DNA of 63,092 nucleotides, counting the filler, from Lenisia limosa (Eukaryota; Protista; Breviatea), in assembly GCA_001655205.1 (NCBI GenBank). It is 9 parts of 9 records of this genome, joined end to end, with 100 filler letters (N's around TTAATTAATTAA, not from the genome) between each part and the next. Parts side by side here need not be neighbours in the genome. Positions count along the whole stretch, not along the records: positions 56,917 to 61,089 come from LPNZ01001698.1; positions 61,190 to 63,092 come from LPNZ01005925.1; 7 more parts are not named here. One strand, 5' to 3'. The position numbers and the translations under genes were made by a program. Below, in pieces: positions 58,420 to 63,092 of the stretch. How positions within the stretch are numbered: the first letter of the stretch is position 1; every line of letters starts with the position of its first letter. Below the pieces are notes generated by a model. It searched no databases, had not been told where the DNA came from, and saw only the letters and a list, made by a program, of their open reading frames with translations.

Positions 58420-60270
58420 AGGTAAATGAGCATGTCAAGGCGCAGATAGCCAAGGAGAAGAAGGACAGAGAGATCTTATACGTCTTGTACAATTCGCTAT
58501 CGGCGATTGAAGGTGATCTAGAGACTTTGAGCTACGAGAGCTTCAAGAAGGATGTAAGCAGGTGTTGAGGAATGAATGATAACGGTGTAATACACTCGTT
58601 GAAAATAATCACTTTTCTAATCTGAAAAGCTAATTTCTTTTAACCGGCATCTGTTTAAGGCCCAAATACTGTCAAAAGCACAAAAAAAACCGTTAAAAAG
58701 ACCATATTCAAGGAATAAATGGCAAATATAATTTACAATAACGTAACCTCAAACAAGTGGATTTTTTTCTTATTTGCCTCTTGAAACAAGTGCTACTATC
58801 AAAATGATTGTCCATTGATATATTCAGAGGCTCCGTAACCATTTAATGTCACTGAAAGCCCTTAAAAACAATCATCCCCATACATTGAAGTATCCAAAAG
58901 AAACCTCTTGAAGTCCACTCCCCAAAACATTTTTCTGTATATCAGAAAGTCTTTGGAGGACAAGGGACTCAAGGGAAAACGAAGGGAGGGGATGGGAAGA
59001 AGAGCCGCCATCTCAGACCATGTGAACTAACAATAATCAACTATCTAAATACGCACGAACAATGGTGTTAAATTTCACGTTGTCTGGGTTAAAAAAGTAA
59101 CACGGGCCGGATTGACCCGGAGCTACTGGGAAGAATTTTCTGGAAAAAGCTTTTTCCAAAGAAATGGAAAGGTAGTAGTGGGGTGAGGAAGGGGGATCAT
59201 TTCAGCTCTACTTTTTCCGTTCCAGAGGCACATTATTAACTGAAACAAGTACACCAAACGGGGGTGCATAGTCTGAGAGGTACTCCTGGAGGTAACTTCT
59301 GGCTTCTTTGGAAGCTGCCATTTCTAATACTGAGTTTTTGCTCAAGTTATTTTATTTCACCTTAACTATCACCAATTTATCGTTATATTAAAGAAAACGG
59401 ATGAGTTTGGTCCCCACCCCCCACCCCAAATTGTGATACTTTTCACGATTTTGTTTCATAAATTCAACTTTAGCAGAAGCGACTGGCCTGACCTTTGGTT
59501 GTTTTGTTTGATTTGCGCTTTTTTGTTTCATAATTTTCTAATTTTACTGGAGTTTCAGAATATTCGATTCGTGGTAAGTACCGTTACGCCAATATTTTTC
59601 ATCGAAATTTCCTTCGTTTTACCCCCCNNNNNNNNNNNNNNNNNNNNNNNNNNNNNNNNNNNNNNNNNNNNNNNNNNNNNNNNNNNNNNNNNNNNNNNNN
59701 NNNNNNNNNNNNNNNNNNNNNNNNNNNCAATTTTACTCCCCCCAGATTGACCCAGCCCTTGCCGCTACCGACAACTTCGCGAAGGGCGTTGTGGAATCAT
59801 CTGTCTGGCTCCTGGAGACCATCAGCTCCAAGACCTCCGACAAGTGCAAGGAGGACCTTAAGACCTTCCTCTGTACCTTCTACTTCTCTCTCTTACGCTT
59901 TTTTAATTATATACAGTGACTACGATGAGTCTTTACCCATTTTCCTTGGGAAATCTTATTGCAAATCGGTCAAGACTTATCCCACATGTATCTGGCAATA
60001 CTTATTCCTCTCAAATATGTAGCCAACAGAGTTTTTGGGTTTTATTATTTCATAAATTTTCATTTACCCCCCGGGTCTCAACGCGACGATATTTTTATGG
60101 CAGATTTCGTAGAGACTTGGTGTGTTTCGGGAAGGTTAAAAAAGGCAAAAAGTAACACGGGCCGGACTAACCCAGAGCTAGGGGTTTCAGCCGCCTGCTG
60201 GTTTAGCCCAGGGCTCTGCTCCAAAGATATCACCTTGGTCTTGTTGTTAAGGAGATTAAAGTAGGTAAAA
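58420..60270 (+). CDS. Hypothetical coding exons (continuation of the helicase gene or a separate gene)
   Basis: VNEHVKAQIAKEKKDREILYVLYNSLSAIEGDLETLSYESFKKD; IDPALAATDNFAKGVVESSVWLLETISSKTSDKCKEDLKTFL. Confidence 0.45.
59476..59627 (+). repeat. Dispersed intronic repeat family F
   Basis: Shares gaagcgactggcctg and ttttgtttcataa with 56112-56230, and ggartttcaga..tacgccaatatt..catcraaatttccttcgtttta with 29370-29443. The ORF track shows the near-identical shadow peptides LEFQIIRLVISTFTPIFFIKISFVL and LEFQNIRFVVSTVTPIFFIEISFVL. Confidence 0.75.
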
Positions 60271-60425
60271 TTATGCTCGGTCTCTTACAATGATGCCCTT
60301 ACATTCAAGTAAAAAAAACCTGAACACGACAATAACCTATATAACTGAAAATCTAAATTAAGCGGCTTGGTTACTACGAGAGTCTGCGAGTCCAATTGCC
60401 CTAAAATAGTAAAATGGAGTGGCAA

Positions 60426-61060
60426 TCATTTTCTGTTTAAAGGTACCCACTTCTCCACATCAACAAGCAGTCCATGTAGTCTGCGCTGCAAATTGATTGA
60501 CGCTCGGGAAACTTCATCATCCATCATAGCCAGTTCACCAGAGAGATCAGTAACCTGTTCCTCAAGGTCCATGTCCTGTTTTGTAAATATGCCAACATGC
60601 CAAACCTGTTTCATAGCAAGGTCTTCAACGATTTGCTTTGTGAGTGAAAGGTCCAATGCCGTTCTGTCATGGGTTGCCTTCTCCAACTTGAGTTGGGACT
60701 CAATGGTACTTAACTCCAGTCGGCCAGCCTCCTCCTAATAATATTCAAACAATAGATGCCCCAAACCTTGTTCTGTGAATGTCGCAACTCTTGTTCAAGA
60801 TGCGATTTCAAACCCTCTTCACTGGCCTTCAGCACGTCAACTTCATGCATATATGTTTCATTCTGAATATATGACTAACATAATCACCTTGATACCTGTT
60901 CTTGAAGAAGATGTAATTGCTGCCTAAGTACCTCAACAACTTCAGCCGTAAGCCTAACACTCTCCTGCCGAGCTTGGTCCTTTGTCAACTCCACTTCACT
61001 TCCAAGAGAGGCACACGTTTGCTTCAAGCTTCGTATTTGTCTCAACTAAGCCACGAGAAT
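60426..61060 (-). CDS. 3' fragment of a coiled-coil protein
   Basis: EVELTKDQARQESVRLTAEVVEVLRQQLHLLQEQ; EVDVLKASEEGLKSHLEQELRHSQNK; LSTIESQLKLEKATHDRTALDLSLTKQIVEDLAMKQ; DMDLEEQVTDLSGELAMMDDEV...PLNRK*. Confidence 0.65.
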
Positions 61061-61529
61061 TGGCAATGTATTGTTGGCGTTTTAAATTTNNNNNNNNNNN
61101 NNNNNNNNNNNNNNNNNNNNNNNNNNNNNNNNNTTAATTAATTAANNNNNNNNNNNNNNNNNNNNNNNNNNNNNNNNNNNNNNNNNNNNGGGGGGGGGGT
61201 ATAAGCCGACCTTGCCCGTCTTGTTCGGTGTAAAGGTACAACTCTTTTACAGTGTACTTATCGAAGGAAATTGTGGGGATAATGAAGTCGTACGACTGCA
61301 GGGTTAGGAATGTGGTATAACGTGTCAAATTGTGGCGTTTGTACTCCCACGGTCTCTTATCACTAGTGCCTCCCTAAAAACACAAAAAGACTGAATTTCT
61401 CGATATAAATCTCGATAAATATCGATATTTTTAACGGTCTTTTTCGGACTTACCACCCCCAGCATTGTACAAATTCAAAACAAAAACTATTGCGGCAATT
61501 AATTAAGAAATTTTAAAAGTAAGACATGT

Positions 61530-62200
61530 TGTGGACGCCGTTTCTGACGTAAATTATTTTTTGGTTCGGAACAACAACAGTAAAAACACAACTTACCGGG
61601 GTACTTGAACCCACAATGTCTCCTGTGGAAGCAAATGCCATGTAGTTCACTCCTAAAAACATGAAATTAAAATAGCATCGTGGGTAGAGCTTCATGTTCT
61701 GTTCCAAAAAAGACTGAATTCACTATAACTCCTTGATAAATTCTCGATAAATCCTCGATAGAGTATCCGTCATATGAAGGGCATCTAGGTTTAGCCTAAA
61801 TAAGCCCCACCATTTCAACAATTCTAACAAGCCCCGCCGCCGCCTCCGCAACCAATTGTTCAACGAAATACACCCCCACAGAGACATACATCATTAACCA
61901 CAAGAATCCCAATTTTTCAAAAGAGAAATATCCCAACACAGNNNNNNNNNNNNNNNNNNNNNNNNNNNNNNNNNNNNNNNNNNNNNNNNNNNNNNNNNNN
62001 NNNNNNNNNNNNNNNNNNNNNNNNNNNNNNNNNNNNNNNNNNNNNNAGAAACCAAAACAACCTATAACACCTGTCCCTCCTGGCATCCCACTTGGTATGC
62101 ATCGGGTGTTATACGAAAAGTGTTTGTGCATGTTTGATCTCTGTATTAACTAATATCATGAGTAACGGTGTATATCCAACTTTTCAGGTTGCAACCCCCA
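61530..62200 (-). CDS. Hypothetical exon fragments
   Basis: HKHFSYNTRCIPSGMPGGT; QLVAEAAAGLVRIVEM; GVNYMAFASTGDIVGSSTP, with GT/AG flanks. Confidence 0.35.
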
Positions 62201-62754
62201 CCATTTGTTCCGAAAAACAAATGGGGTATGTTTCTGTGTAGGAATATTTCTCTTTTGAGCAATTGGGAATTTTGTGGGTCATTTTGTCTCTGTGTAGGGA
62301 TACCCCCCCCCCCCCCCCNNNNNNNNNNNNNNNNNNNNNNNNNNNNNNNNNNNNNNNNNNNNNNNNNNNNNNNNNNNNNNNNNNNNNNNNNNNNNNNNNN
62401 NNNNNNNNNNNNNNNNNNNNNNTTTGTAGTGGACGTGGAAGGCAGGGTTTCTAATAGGTTATTCGAGTTGATTTGGTATTTATATACCATATGTATAAAG
62501 GGGTAGGATTTCTTAAAATAAGAGAAATAATATGACAGTATATAGTACATGAGACATCAAGGGAAACAAATAAACACATGGGGTAGGTGGGGCAGAGTTT
62601 CTGTTAATGTGTTTACTGAAAGAATATACGAAAAAAGGGGGAGGGGCAAAGGGGTCTTTCGATTTGATTTAATATTGATGAACTGTATTAATTTCTTTTA
62701 TGTATGGGTGGGAGCGTTTTTAGTAGCGGTCACTATATCTATCATATTAAGGGT

Positions 62755-62973
62755 TGGGTTTCACTTCGGCTCGAAAAAAGACTGAATTTCTTGACAAATC
62801 CTCAATATACTTCGATAGTTTACCGGTCTTTTTCGTACCGGAGTGAAGCCCTTGTGAAGGGGGATTATACGTGGTAGGGTTTCACTTCGGTTCGAAAAAG
62901 AACACTAAAATATCGATAGTTTTCGAAGATTTATCGAGAAATTCAGTCTTTTTCGAACCGAAGTGAAGCACTA
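62755..62973. mobile_element. Two adjacent family A MITEs in opposite internal orientation
   Basis: 62755-62852 and 62875-62973, each with TIRs; the internal core is inverted in the second. Confidence 0.85.
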
Positions 62974-63092
62974 ATAAGGGGTCACTAAGGGGTCACTGTA
63001 TGGTATCATATGTAGGTCTACAGGGACCGGGATACGTGTTGACCGATTGTCTTTATGATTTCCCAAAGAAAATCGGTCAAGACTAATCCTGG

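Noticed and set aside
19636-61189. Repeated TTAATTAATTAA palindromes within N runs
   Set aside because: Fixed 44N-12-44N layout and six-frame stop design identify an assembly spacer, not biology.
9656-62550. ORFs containing long X runs
   Set aside because: They are open only because N gaps contain no stop codons.

Overview
This is draft genomic DNA from an intron-rich eukaryote, probably a protist. An amoebozoan would fit, but that is only inference. There are many N gaps, plus eight 100-bp artificial spacers (N44-TTAATTAATTAA-N44), so adjacency across those spacers is unproven. The ORF track mostly shows exon fragments or antisense shadows, so I rebuilt genes by hand from GT-AG junctions using the standard code. 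Recognisable genes: NIT1 nitrilase (+, 20.1-23.8 kb), a PDCD2/PDCD2L(Tsr4)-family gene (-, 35.8-41.8 kb), a TPR protein with an RS-rich tail, a Stig1-repeat type I membrane protein, and a head-to-head C-type-lectin-like / fibrinogen-like secreted pair. There are also a HIND-motif (probably Prp38) C-terminal exon, ankyrin repeats and a divergent UPF1-like SF1 helicase C-terminus. The standout is a spliced gene of at least 17 exons (+, 30638 to about 35750). It encodes a cobalamin-binding (class B) radical SAM enzyme with a predicted mitochondrial presequence, a family essentially known from prokaryotes. Introns carry at least four dispersed short repeat families: two TA-flanked MITEs, a non-TIR element with a UUCG hairpin, and an acceptor-associated repeat. 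Several 3' splice sites are locally duplicated. Genes alternate strand almost perfectly with very short spacers. No rRNA, tRNA or CRISPR features were seen.
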